NCBI GenBank assembly: GCA_007121385.1
Contig: SKLV01000017.1
Span: 6,583-70,582, forward strand
Length of the DNA stretch: 64,000 bases
Source of the DNA: Bdellovibrionales bacterium
Lineage (GTDB): Bacteria > Bdellovibrionota > Bdellovibrionia > Bdellovibrionales > UBA1609
Direction: 5' to 3'
Position 1 is the first letter of the stretch. The number at the start of each line of letters is the position of its first letter. Shown here piece after piece: positions 20,383 to 30,319 of this stretch. Made by a program: the position numbers and the translations under genes. Under the pieces are notes generated by a model. The model saw nothing but the letters and a program-made list of their open reading frames with translations, did no database searches and had not been told where the DNA came from.

Positions 20383-22470
20383 ATGGCTACGGAATCAGGC
20401 CGCATAAATTTTTCAGATCTATTCAGTAAACTTCATGATGGGAAGACCTACCAAGATTTGAACTGGGCCGGATCGCTTGACGATTACCTGACCTTAGTCA
20501 GAGAGAACCCCCGGGTCACTCGCAATGCCTTTCAGCGCATGTACGACATGATCTTAGAACAGGGATCCCATGAGTACGTGGACGTTAAAAAGCATGTTGT
20601 TCATTACAAGTTTTTTGATGATGCGGAAAACGACGGCAAAGACGCTGTCTTTGGCGCGGACATCCCATTAATGAAACTAGTGAATGTGCTGCGCTCGGCG
20701 GCATTGGGCTATGGGACTGAAAAGAGGGTGATTCTTCTCCATGGCCCAGTGGGGAGTGCTAAATCCACAATTTGTCGATTACTCAAGCGAGGGGTGGAAC
20801 GCTATTCTCGTAGCGATACAGGAGCTCTATACACCTTTGAGTGGGTAGATGAGGCTGGAGACCACGAAGACATCTTTGGTCGGGGAGTCCGAGTTTTTCC
20901 CAGCCCCATGCACGAAGAGCCGCTGCTTTTAATCCCTGAAGAGATGCGGCAGAAGGTGATTGACGAGCTCAATCGGGGCAATAAGACCGATTTTCGCATT
21001 CAGATTCAAGGTGAGCTGTGCCCGCCCAGTCGCTATATTTTCAGTAAACTCATGGAAAAGTACCATGGGGATATCACCAAGGTGTTTAGTCATGTCCGGG
21101 TTAAGAGAATGATCCTCAGCGAAGCTGATCGTATTGGGATTGGGACCTTTCAACCTAAAGACGAGAAGAACCAGGATAGCACCGAACTCACTGGAGATCT
21201 AAATTATCGCAAGATTGCAGAGTATGGCTCCGACTCCGATCCTCGGGCTTTTAACTTCGATGGGGAATTTAATATTGCCAACCGGGGAATGATTGAATTT
21301 GTAGAGGTGCTCAAATTGGATGTGGCTTTCCTCTATGATCTTCTTGGAGCCTCTCAAGAACATAGGGTGAAGCCCAAAAAGTTTGCCCAAACCCATATTG
21401 ATGAAGTGATCATTGGTCATACCAACGAGCCAGAGTATCGCAAGCTCCAGGATAACGAGTTTATGGAAGCTCTGCGGGACCGCACTGTGAAAATAGATAT
21501 TCCCTATATCACTAAGTTGCGAGATGAGGTGAGTATTTATAAAAAAGACTTTAACAGTAGAGTTTTGAGAGGAGTCAGCATTGCTCCTCATACTATTGAA
21601 ATGGCGGCTATGTGGGCTATTCTCACTCGTCTAGAAAAGCCTAAAAAAGCGAACCTCACTCGTCTTCAAAAGCTCAAGCTCTACGATGGTAAGTCTTTGC
21701 CCAACTACACGGAAGACAACATTAAGGAGCTGCGGAAAGAAGTTCAGCGCGAAGGCATGGATGGGATTTCACCTCGCTATATTCAAGATAAATTGTCCAA
21801 TGCCATTGTCATGTCACAGCAGCGAAACCGTGGCTCCGTCAATCCCTTTATGGTCCTCAAGGAGCTGGAGTCTGGGCTCAAGCACCACACTCTCCTGCAG
21901 AGTGATGAGGAGAGGAATGACTATCGAGAACTGCTCAGTGTCGTGAAGCAGGAGTATGAAGAGATTATCAAAGCCGAGGTTCAGCGGGCCATATCGGCTG
22001 ACGAAAGTGCTCTTCATCGACTGTGTGGCAACTACATTGACAATGTAAAGGCTTACACTCAGAAAGAGAAGGTGCGCAACCAGTTCACCGGGGCGGATGA
22101 GGAGCCTGACGAGAGATTGATGCGCTCCATTGAGGAGAAAATTGAAATTCCTGAGTCCCGCAAGGATGATTTCCGTCGGGAAATCATGAATTACATTGGG
22201 GCTATTTCTTTGGATGGGCGCAAATTTGATTATAAGACCAATGAGCGTCTGCACAAGGCGTTGGAGTTAAAGCTTTTCGAAGATCAAAAAGACACCATTA
22301 AGCTGACATCTCTTGTGTCTTCCGTAGTGGATAAGGACACTCAGGAAAAGATTGATATCGTAAAAACCAGGCTGATTAAGGAGTTTGGATACGATGAAAT
22401 CTCGGCCACAGATGTTCTTCACTATGTGGCTAGTATCTTTGCGCGAGGTGATGTGAAGGATAAAAAGTAA
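20383..22470 (+). CDS. prkA: PrkA/YeaG-family serine protein kinase (AAA+ N-domain)
   Basis: 695 aa with P-loop [12 protein letters not shown]. PrkA-type sequence throughout. First gene of the prkA-yeaH-spoVR triad. Confidence 0.9.
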   Translation: MATESGRINFSDLFSKLHDGKTYQDLNWAGSLDDYLTLVRENPRVTRNAFQRMYDMILEQGSHEYVDVKKHVVHYKFFDDAENDGKDAVFGADIPLMKLVNVLRSAALGYGTEKRVILLHGPVGSAKSTICRLLKRGVERYSRSDTGALYTFEWVDEAGDHEDIFGRGVRVFPSPMHEEPLLLIPEEMRQKVIDELNRGNKTDFRIQIQGELCPPSRYIFSKLMEKYHGDITKVFSHVRVKRMILSEADRIGIGTFQPKDEKNQDSTELTGDLNYRKIAEYGSDSDPRAFNFDGEFNIANRGMIEFVEVLKLDVAFLYDLLGASQEHRVKPKKFAQTHIDEVIIGHTNEPEYRKLQDNEFMEALRDRTVKIDIPYITKLRDEVSIYKKDFNSRVLRGVSIAPHTIEMAAMWAILTRLEKPKKANLTRLQKLKLYDGKSLPNYTEDNIKELRKEVQREGMDGISPRYIQDKLSNAIVMSQQRNRGSVNPFMVLKELESGLKHHTLLQSDEERNDYRELLSVVKQEYEEIIKAEVQRAISADESALHRLCGNYIDNVKAYTQKEKVRNQFTGADEEPDERLMRSIEEKIEIPESRKDDFRREIMNYIGAISLDGRKFDYKTNERLHKALELKLFEDQKDTIKLTSLVSSVVDKDTQEKIDIVKTRLIKEFGYDEISATDVLHYVASIFARGDVKDKK

Positions 22471-22481
22471 GAAGGCGGGTC

Positions 22482-23579
22482 ATGACAATCAGGGAAGACC
22501 ATAAACGATTTCGGGATATTGTCCGGGGTCGGGTAAAAGAAAATTTCAAAAAGTATGTGACCCACGGCGAGATGATTGGCAAGCGCGAGAAGGATTTTGT
22601 CAAAATTCCCGTGCCGTCCATTGACATTCCCCGCTTTCGCTATGGGCCCAAGCAGTCTGGAGGAGTGGGTCAAGGTCAGGGAAATCCGGGTGATCCTGTG
22701 GATGGTGAAAATCAGCCCGGGCAGGGGCAAGCTGGAGATCAGCCCGGTGAACATGTGTTGGAGGCCGAGGTCACCCTAGAGGAATTGGCCGACATTTTGG
22801 GTGAGCAGTTGGAGCTACCGCGAATCCAGCCCAAAGGTAATAAGACCATTGATTCAGTAGTGAACCGCTACACCGGCCGGTCCAGTGTGGGTCCGGAAAG
22901 CCTAAGACATTTTAAAGCCTCTTATAAAGAAGCTCTCAAACGCTATGTCTCAACGGGGACCTATGATCCAGACAATCCGGTGATTGTTCCCATTCGACGA
23001 GACCTTCGCTATCGTTCTTTTCGCAAGGCGGTCAGCCCCCGAACCAATGCGGTCGTCATTTATATGATGGATGTCTCAGGCTCTATGGGTGAGGAGCAAA
23101 AGGAAATTGTTCGTTTAGAGAGCTTTTGGATCAATGCATGGTTAAAGCGCAATTATAAGGGCCTGGACACTCGGTTTATCATTCACGATGCCGCCGCCAA
23201 AGAGGTGGACGAGGACACTTTTTTTCGCACTAGTGAATCCGGTGGAACATTAATCAGTTCTGCCTATAAACTTTGTAAAAAACTGATTGAAGAGGAATAT
23301 CCTCCTCACGAGTGGAATATCTACCCTTTTCACTTTAGTGACGGAGATAACTGGAGTGGAGAAGACACTCGGCTTTGTGTTCGTCTTTTGAAGGAGTTCT
23401 TTTTGCCTCAGGTCAATATGTTTGGCTATGGGCAAGTGGAGAGCAAGTATGGAAGTGGGCAATTCTTAAAAGACTTGGAAAGGGCCTTCCCTGGAGATGA
23501 GCGCTTGGTGATCAGTCGGATTGAAAACAAGGACAAGATTGTTCAATCCATCAAAGATTTTCTGGGAAAGGGCAGGTAG
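22482..23579 (+). CDS. yeaH: YeaH/DUF444 protein (vWA-like)
   Basis: [18 protein letters not shown]-like motif and a Gly/Gln/Pro-rich N-region. Canonical position after prkA. Confidence 0.85.
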   Translation: MTIREDHKRFRDIVRGRVKENFKKYVTHGEMIGKREKDFVKIPVPSIDIPRFRYGPKQSGGVGQGQGNPGDPVDGENQPGQGQAGDQPGEHVLEAEVTLEELADILGEQLELPRIQPKGNKTIDSVVNRYTGRSSVGPESLRHFKASYKEALKRYVSTGTYDPDNPVIVPIRRDLRYRSFRKAVSPRTNAVVIYMMDVSGSMGEEQKEIVRLESFWINAWLKRNYKGLDTRFIIHDAAAKEVDEDTFFRTSESGGTLISSAYKLCKKLIEEEYPPHEWNIYPFHFSDGDNWSGEDTRLCVRLLKEFFLPQVNMFGYGQVESKYGSGQFLKDLERAFPGDERLVISRIENKDKIVQSIKDFLGKGR

Positions 23580-23584
23580 CACTT

Positions 23585-25138
23585 ATGGCCAACTTAACTC
23601 CTGAACTGGAAAAAGAGAGAGTTAAAATCAAGAAAGTGGCCGAGTCCGTGGGATTAGATTTTTACGAGACGATTTTTGAGTTAATCACCTACGAGCAGAT
23701 GAACCAAATTGCAGCCTATGGGGGCTTTCCGGTGCGCTACCCCCACTGGCGCTTTGGAATGGAGTACGAGCAGCTCTCTAAGAGCTATGAGTATGGCCTC
23801 AGTAAAATCTATGAACTGGTGATCAATAATGACCCCTGTTACGCCTACTTGATGGAGGGCAATGAGTTCATTGACCAGAAGCTAGTGATGGCTCATGTCT
23901 ATGGTCACTGCGATTTTTTTAAAAACAATCAGTGGTTTTCCCAGACCAATCGAAAAATGATGGACCAGATGGCCAACCATGCCACCAGAGTCCGTCGCTA
24001 CATAGACCGCTACGGGGTGGATGTGGTGGAGGATTTTATCGATAAGTGTTTGAGTTTGGAAAACCTTATCGATCGCCATAGTCCCTACACCAGGGTTAAA
24101 ATTCCCAACCTGGAAAAAGAGCTGGAATTGGCTGAGCAGGGTCAAGAAGTTTTGGGGCCGGGGCGCCTGAAGGTGCATCGGGATTATATGGAGTCCTTCA
24201 TTAACCCTCCCGGTTTGGTCAAAGAGCAGGAGAAGCGCCGGAAGGAGGAAATGGCCGAGCGACAGAAGTTGCAGAACTATCCGGAGCGGCCTGAGAAAGA
24301 TGTACTTCACTTTCTTATTCACCATGCTCCTTTACAGCCTTGGCAGCAGGATGTTCTCTCGATGATTCGTGAAGAGGCCTACTATTTTGCTCCTCAGGGT
24401 ATGACTAAGATTATGAATGAGGGCTGGGCCTCTTATTGGCATGCCAAGCTGATGACAGAAAAGATTGCTGATGACAGCGAGATTGTGGACTTTGCAGACC
24501 GTCACTCTGGAACAATGGCCATGTCTCCCACGGGTTTTAACCCCTATAAAGTGGGAATTGAACTGTTTAGAGACATTGAGCAGCGCTGGAATAAGGGCCA
24601 ATTTGGCAAAGAGTGGGAAGAGTGTGAGTCACTGGCTGATAAGAAGAACTGGGACCGTAAGACCAATCAGGGACGAGAAAAGATCTTTGAAGTTCGACGT
24701 AATTTTAACGACGTGATGTTTATTGATCAGTTTTTGACGGAAGACTTTTGTGTGGCGAACAAGATGTTTGTGTATAAGTTCAATAAGCGCACGGGTCAGT
24801 TTGAGGTGGACACGAGGGATTTTCCCCTGATTAAAAAGAAGTTTCTCTTTCAGCTCACCAACTTTGGTCAGCCTATCATCAGCGTGGTGGATGCCAACTT
24901 CAACAATAGGGGTGAACTTCTGTTGGCTCACCTTTTTGAGGGTATAGAGATGCAGCCCGATTATATGCAGGCCACCATGAAGAATCTTCAAGCCCTATGG
25001 GGGCGTCCGGTCAATGTCGCTACGGTCTTGGATGGTGAACCTCGAATTGTTCACTATGATGGCCATGAGTTTAAGAGTCTGGCTTTTGACCGAAGCTCAG
25101 AAAGTCCTCCGGAAGGCTCGGACGCCCAGGAAAACTAG
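23585..25138 (+). CDS. spoVR: SpoVR/YcgB-family protein
   Basis: MAHVYGHCDFFKNN and NEGWASYWH blocks. Third gene of the triad. Confidence 0.85.
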   Translation: MANLTPELEKERVKIKKVAESVGLDFYETIFELITYEQMNQIAAYGGFPVRYPHWRFGMEYEQLSKSYEYGLSKIYELVINNDPCYAYLMEGNEFIDQKLVMAHVYGHCDFFKNNQWFSQTNRKMMDQMANHATRVRRYIDRYGVDVVEDFIDKCLSLENLIDRHSPYTRVKIPNLEKELELAEQGQEVLGPGRLKVHRDYMESFINPPGLVKEQEKRRKEEMAERQKLQNYPERPEKDVLHFLIHHAPLQPWQQDVLSMIREEAYYFAPQGMTKIMNEGWASYWHAKLMTEKIADDSEIVDFADRHSGTMAMSPTGFNPYKVGIELFRDIEQRWNKGQFGKEWEECESLADKKNWDRKTNQGREKIFEVRRNFNDVMFIDQFLTEDFCVANKMFVYKFNKRTGQFEVDTRDFPLIKKKFLFQLTNFGQPIISVVDANFNNRGELLLAHLFEGIEMQPDYMQATMKNLQALWGRPVNVATVLDGEPRIVHYDGHEFKSLAFDRSSESPPEGSDAQEN

Positions 25139-25257
25139 AAAAACTTCAGATTCTCCATGAAAATTTACCCCGGGGCTATTTTGTCTCTAGCCCCTTGTCG
25201 CCGCTGCGCATATATTGCCCCCGTCACAAAATAAGAACTGTCGAGAGAGGATACCGA

Positions 25258-26835
25258 ATGATCTGCCGGTCTCTGATCGCCGCTCTATTGCTTTTGCCCT
25301 GGGCTGTGTCGGCTGATGATCAGGTTGAGGATAAGTTTTGGCAGGAAGTCCAGTTCAGTCCAGAGGACTGGTTGGACCTGGGTGAATTGTCCCAGGCCAG
25401 CTGTTGGACTTCTGAGAACCATCTGCGGGGCTGTCTTTGGGCCATTGAGAGGGTTTTAAAGGAGGGTGAGAGTCGTTGGACTCTGATTTGGGATAGAAGA
25501 TTAAAGCAGCTCAGCTTTCAGGCCTCAGGGCCTCAAGGGACTTCTCCTAGTGAGCGGATTCCACAAATCACTCAAGAGCTTTTTCGAATAAAAAAAAGGT
25601 GGCGTCCTCAACTGTCCGATGTTTTTTTGCAGGCCTTTGAGAGGGGCCAGATTTCCCAAGCCCGAAAGGCCAAGGTGACGGCTCGGGCTGTGACGGCTTT
25701 TCTAAAAGAAGCTTACGAGGATCCCTATGCCCGAATTGAGGCCTTGGCGGTCTTGGAGCATCGGCACTCCAATGGGGACCAGTATTTTTTTGGTCTGGGT
25801 CTCCTACTCCAGGAAGTGGCCGGGGGCATTTATGTGGAGGAGGTTCTGGCCGAGGGGCCGGCCAGCGGAAAGCCCATAGGGATAGGGGATAGGATTGCCC
25901 TGATGGATGGTCAGCCCTTACCTCCCTCATTGGATCAGTTGGGAAGCCTTTTGCGGGGGTCTGAGGGAAGCTCTGTTCGGCTGACCTTGGAGAGGCAGGG
26001 ACAGCAAGGGCTTGAAGACATAGTGATCCCTCGAGGGCCCGTTGTTTTGCCTGACTTTGAGGTGCAGAAACTGGATCTTGCAGGAGGGCGATGGCTTCAT
26101 CTCCGAGTTCGCAGCTTTGAGTACGATCACCTCTGCTTGAGGGTGATAGAAGCCTTGAGGGCCTCTGAAGGCCATGATTCTGTTCGGGGAGTGATTCTAG
26201 ATCTAAGATCCAATCCTGGAGGCTCTCTAGATCAAGGGGTCTGTTTGGCCGGGCTCTTTCTTGGTGGCGGTCTCAATATTGTCACTCGTGAGAACCTGGT
26301 GGAAGGTCGGCTGAGGATGACGATGGTTCAGGAGGGAGCCTTTAAAACAGACTTACCCACTGTAGTCTTGATGAACCAAAACTCAGCCAGTGCCTCTGAA
26401 ATTGTCGCTGGAGCTCTTCAAGATCATGGCCGAGCTTGGCTTGTGGGGGAGAGGAGTTTTGGTAAGGGCACCATTCAGGGGGGGGAGGCCTATACTGGTC
26501 AGAGCTTTCAGGGTCGCCACCAACTGATTCTCTTTCGCACCATAAAGTGGTTTTATCTGCCTTCAGGGCGGACTCCCCAGTATTTAGGGGTAATCCCCGA
26601 CCTCAGGGTCCCTTTCAGGCCAGAATGGGCTGAGGAAGAACCCTGGTTTTTGCGGGAGGCCGATTTCCACCCGGATCCTCGAGCCCAAGAGGCTGAGGTT
26701 TGGGTTCAGCCCCGCTCGCAAGAGTTTCAGAAGATTCAAGATTGCCTGAATCAGGGAGGGCCCTTTGCCCCTTTCTATGGAGACTTTCAATTGCGGATGG
26801 CCGCAGAGGTGTTAGCTTGCAACACCTCTGAGTGA
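25258..26835 (+). CDS. S41 C-terminal processing peptidase (periplasmic)
   Basis: Signal peptide from ATG 25258 (MICRSLIAALLLLPWAVSA). LDLRSNPGGSL, NQNSASASEIVAGALQD and GERSFGKGTIQ blocks. Confidence 0.85.
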   Translation: MICRSLIAALLLLPWAVSADDQVEDKFWQEVQFSPEDWLDLGELSQASCWTSENHLRGCLWAIERVLKEGESRWTLIWDRRLKQLSFQASGPQGTSPSERIPQITQELFRIKKRWRPQLSDVFLQAFERGQISQARKAKVTARAVTAFLKEAYEDPYARIEALAVLEHRHSNGDQYFFGLGLLLQEVAGGIYVEEVLAEGPASGKPIGIGDRIALMDGQPLPPSLDQLGSLLRGSEGSSVRLTLERQGQQGLEDIVIPRGPVVLPDFEVQKLDLAGGRWLHLRVRSFEYDHLCLRVIEALRASEGHDSVRGVILDLRSNPGGSLDQGVCLAGLFLGGGLNIVTRENLVEGRLRMTMVQEGAFKTDLPTVVLMNQNSASASEIVAGALQDHGRAWLVGERSFGKGTIQGGEAYTGQSFQGRHQLILFRTIKWFYLPSGRTPQYLGVIPDLRVPFRPEWAEEEPWFLREADFHPDPRAQEAEVWVQPRSQEFQKIQDCLNQGGPFAPFYGDFQLRMAAEVLACNTSE

Positions 26836-26845
26836 TGAGTTTGTT

Positions 26846-27208
26846 TTAGTCCTCCTCAGAACTTGTGGCCTGAGAGAGGTTGTCCAAGTCATCTGGATCG
26901 GCGGGCTCAATTCGCAGGAGCCACCCATCTCCGTAGCAGTCCTCTTGGATCAGAGCGGGATTTTCCACCAGAGCATCATTGACCTCTAGGATTTTACCCT
27001 CCACCGGAGAATAAATATTGAGAGGCCCTTGATCTGTCTCCAGTTCACCACAGACTTCGTCGGCAGCGACCTCTTCTCCTTCGGAGGGGAGATCCAGACC
27101 GAGGAGCTCAGAAAACTCCTCCAGTCCATTTTCATTGATCCCCACCGTAATGAGGCCGTCTTCTACCTGGAGCCAGTGATAACCCATAAAGGTAATTAAA
27201 TCGTCCAC
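26846..27208 (-). CDS. Glycine-cleavage H-protein-like protein lacking the lipoyl-lysine
   Basis: Aligns by eye, without gaps, to E. coli GcvH across DLPSEGEEV..CGELETDQGPLNIYSPVEGKILEVNDAL. The ESVK lysine position is Gln (codon at 27029-27031). GTG start with an AGGA SD, 12 nt after the glnA stop. Confidence 0.75.
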   Translation of the reverse strand: MDDLITFMGYHWLQVEDGLITVGINENGLEEFSELLGLDLPSEGEEVAADEVCGELETDQGPLNIYSPVEGKILEVNDALVENPALIQEDCYGDGWLLRIEPADPDDLDNLSQATSSEED

Positions 27209-27220
27209 AAGCCCTGTCCT

Positions 27221-28636
27221 TTATAAATCGTAATAGAGGTAAAACTCAAAAGGAGCCGGTCTCTGTTGTAGGGGAATGATCTCCCTATCCCTCTTGAGTT
27301 GGACCCATGATTGGATAAAGTCGGAGCCAAACACATCGCCCTTGAGTAAGAACTCATGATTCTGTTGAAGGGCCTTGAGGGACTCCTGCAGAGTTCCTGG
27401 AATAGAGGGCACGAGAGCAGCCTCTTCTGGAGGCAGCCCATAAATGTCTTTGTCTAGAGGATCTCCAGGGTGAATTTTATTCTGGATGCCATCAATTCCA
27501 GCCATCAACAGAGCTGCAAAGGCCAGATAGACATTGGCGGAGGGGTCTGGGGTGCGGAACTCAATGCGTTTGGCCTTAGGGTTTGGACCTGAGTTGGGGA
27601 TGCGAATGGCTGCTGAGCGGTTTTTGTAACTGTAGGCCAATTTGATGGGAGCCTCAAATCCCGGCACCAGTCGCTTGTAGGAGTTGGTTGTGGGATTGGT
27701 GATGGCACAGAGGCTGGGGGCATGCTTTAAGATACCTCCAACAAAGTACAGAGCTGTTTCGGAGAGACCGGCATATTTGTCTCCGGCAAAGAGAGGTTCG
27801 CCATTTTTCCACAGAGACATATGGGTGTGCATGCCGGAACCGTTATCTCCATAGATGGGCTTGGGCATAAATGTGGCCGTTTTGCCATGGCGACGGGCCA
27901 CATTTTTAACGATGTACTTAAACCACATCATCTTGTCGGCCATCTCCAGCATGGAGTCAAAGCGGATATCGATTTCTCCCTGACCAGCAGTGGCCACTTC
28001 ATGGTGTTGGCGCTCCACCGGGATCCCTGCCTTCTCCAGTTCCAGGCAGATTTCTGTTCTCAGGTCATGAAGTGAATCGGCGGGAAGAGCTGGAAAGTAA
28101 CCCTCTTTGTGACGGGGCTTATGACCCAGGTTGCGCCCCCCCTCATCGCGTCCAGAGTTCCAGGTGGCTTCATCAGAGTCCACTTGATAAAAGCTTCCAA
28201 AAGCAGTTTGTTCGTAGCGGACATCATCAAATATAAAAAACTCGGCTTCAGGACCAAAGTAGGCGGTGTCTGCAATTCCTGTGGACTGAAGATAGGCCAA
28301 AGCTCGGCGGACAATCTGTCGGGGGTCTCTATCGTAGGGTTCAAAAGTATCCGGCAAGACAATGTCACAGATCAGAGAGAGGGTAGGCACTTCCATAAAG
28401 GGATCGATTTTCGCAGTTTTTGGATCAGGTGTGACCACCATATCGGAGTCGTTGATATTTCTCCAGCCGCGAAGAGAGCTGCCGTCAAAGCCCAAGCCAT
28501 TCTCAAAAGTCTCTGCACTGAGTTCATTGAGTGGAATAGTAAAATGCTGCCAAGTCCCTAGCAGATCGGTGAATTTTAAATCCACCATTTTTACCCCTCG
28601 CTCTTTAGCAAAAGTCAGAACTTCATTAACGGTCAT
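27221..28636 (-). CDS. glnA: Glutamine synthetase type I
   Basis: 471 aa. [19 protein letters not shown] and [17 protein letters not shown] blocks, plus an adenylylation-loop Tyr (DKDIYGLP). Confidence 0.95.
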   Translation of the reverse strand: MTVNEVLTFAKERGVKMVDLKFTDLLGTWQHFTIPLNELSAETFENGLGFDGSSLRGWRNINDSDMVVTPDPKTAKIDPFMEVPTLSLICDIVLPDTFEPYDRDPRQIVRRALAYLQSTGIADTAYFGPEAEFFIFDDVRYEQTAFGSFYQVDSDEATWNSGRDEGGRNLGHKPRHKEGYFPALPADSLHDLRTEICLELEKAGIPVERQHHEVATAGQGEIDIRFDSMLEMADKMMWFKYIVKNVARRHGKTATFMPKPIYGDNGSGMHTHMSLWKNGEPLFAGDKYAGLSETALYFVGGILKHAPSLCAITNPTTNSYKRLVPGFEAPIKLAYSYKNRSAAIRIPNSGPNPKAKRIEFRTPDPSANVYLAFAALLMAGIDGIQNKIHPGDPLDKDIYGLPPEEAALVPSIPGTLQESLKALQQNHEFLLKGDVFGSDFIQSWVQLKRDREIIPLQQRPAPFEFYLYYDL

Positions 28637-28661
28637 ATTGCCTCTCCCTTCCTGTTAGTCA

Positions 28662-29009
<348 letters not shown>

Positions 29010-29019
29010 TCAGTGAGAG

Positions 29020-29046
29020 TTGTTATGGTCGGAGGGACCATAACAA
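29020..29046 (-). promoter_or_regulatory. Perfect 11-bp inverted repeat upstream of glnB (operator or 5'-UTR hairpin)
   Basis: TTGTTATGGTC (29020-29030), ggagg, GACCATAACAA (29036-29046). 16 nt separate it from the glnB ATG. The loop reads CCUCC on the glnB sense strand. Confidence 0.35.
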
Positions 29047-29140
29047 ATCCCCACAAGCAGTCAAAGTAAAAAGTCCTGGGTGCAAGGCGCTGGAGATTGC
29101 CGTGCAAGTTGGCATTTGCTATACCCCCCGATTCACTTAA

Positions 29141-29800
29141 ATGGGGGTTGATCTGAATATGACCGATAGGATGAACTTGGAAATGGCCTTCCAGCGAATC
29201 TTTGTTTACGGGTCTTTTTGTCAGGGAATGGTTCATTACGATAAGATTTCAAAGTACCTAGTCGCATCCACCCCTGCTCGAGCTCAGGGGTCGGTTTATC
29301 GCTTACAGGTGGGATATCCTGTTTATCTGAATCAGGGGCAGGACTGGGTGCCCGGCCAGTTGATGGAGGTGGAGGCCCCCGAGGTGCTGTTTCGAATTCT
29401 CGATGAATTCCACGGCCACTCCCCGCTTCAGCCCAACAAAAGTCTCTATCAAAAGGTTTCTGTCCAAGTGACTCTCACTGACAGTGGGGATGTCAGCTGG
29501 GCCACCACCTATGCTCTGAACCCCAGCAAACTTCCTCGCTCGGCCCAGAAGATTGAGGGGGGAGATTGGAAGCGGGCCTTGGCGGAGAGACCCAGTTTGG
29601 TGGAATCCCTTTCGGCAAAGCAGCTTCAGTATATAGGACGGCTGGGAACCTCGACGGGACGTGAAATCGTACCCATTGATCTGCAGCTCTACCGGGAGTT
29701 AATGAACCTAGATCTGATTGTTGACAAAGGGCGTCGTCTGGCCCTGAGTTCTCTGGGTAAGGAAGTCTATCGTTTTTTGCCCAGCAGGGAGAGTGAGTGA
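29141..29800 (+). CDS. Gamma-glutamylcyclotransferase (AIG2/GGACT-like) domain protein with C-terminal extension
   Basis: N-terminal RIFVYGSFCQGMVHYDKI..VYRL block typical of the GGACT fold. Start uncertain (ATG 29141, 29160 or 29184). Confidence 0.55.
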   Translation: MGVDLNMTDRMNLEMAFQRIFVYGSFCQGMVHYDKISKYLVASTPARAQGSVYRLQVGYPVYLNQGQDWVPGQLMEVEAPEVLFRILDEFHGHSPLQPNKSLYQKVSVQVTLTDSGDVSWATTYALNPSKLPRSAQKIEGGDWKRALAERPSLVESLSAKQLQYIGRLGTSTGREIVPIDLQLYRELMNLDLIVDKGRRLALSSLGKEVYRFLPSRESE

Positions 29801-30273
29801 CCACTTTCTTTAATGTGGTTTTGATTGAGCCGGAAATCCCACAGAATACGGGAAATATCGGTCGGACCTGCGTTAGCGCAAAGTGTCACCTGCATTTGGT
29901 CGGCCCCCTGGGGTTTGAAATCACTGACAGTCGTCTCAAGCGAGCGGGACTGGATTATTGGCCCCATTTGCACTGGACTCAATACTCTGACTGGGACCAG
30001 TGGTGGTCTCAGGTGCCCGATCCCAGCCGGGTCTTTTTTTTCTCTACCAAAGCCTCAGCAGCCTATTTTGAACATCAGTTTCAGCCGGGAGATTGGCTGG
30101 TGTTCGGCAGAGAAACTCGAGGCTTGGATCCAGAAGTTCTTCAGCGCTTTGCTGGACAAACTTTGCGTATTCCCATGCCGGGGCCTGTGCGCAGCTTAAA
30201 TTTGGCAACGGCGGCCGCTGTCGTTGTGTATGAGGGCTTGCGGCAAAATCCCCAGCTCCTTTCTCCCCCTTAA
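29797..30273 (+). CDS. trmL: SpoU-family tRNA 2'-O-methyltransferase (TrmL-like)
   Basis: [21 protein letters not shown] and the knot motif [14 protein letters not shown]. The GTG start overlaps the upstream stop. Confidence 0.8.
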   Translation: MTTFFNVVLIEPEIPQNTGNIGRTCVSAKCHLHLVGPLGFEITDSRLKRAGLDYWPHLHWTQYSDWDQWWSQVPDPSRVFFFSTKASAAYFEHQFQPGDWLVFGRETRGLDPEVLQRFAGQTLRIPMPGPVRSLNLATAAAVVVYEGLRQNPQLLSPP

Positions 30274-30319
30274 GCCCATGGCTAGACAGCCTGGGTCGAA
30301 AGGGCTATGGTTGTCTTCT

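Noticed and set aside
29091-29106. Sigma-54-like -24/-12 element TGGAGATTGCCGTGCA upstream of the GGCT-like gene, next to the nitrogen genes.
   Set aside because: Only the GG-N10-GC core and TGCA match. The -24 half is poor (TGGAGA versus TGGCAC), and no enhancer sites or sigma-54 activator are visible. This is not enough to call it.
30224-30319. 32-codon N-terminal extension of the SecA ORF, overlapping the trmL end.
   Set aside because: The canonical SecA N-terminus ([11 protein letters not shown]..) begins at ATG 30320. The extension is non-conserved-looking and overlaps trmL.
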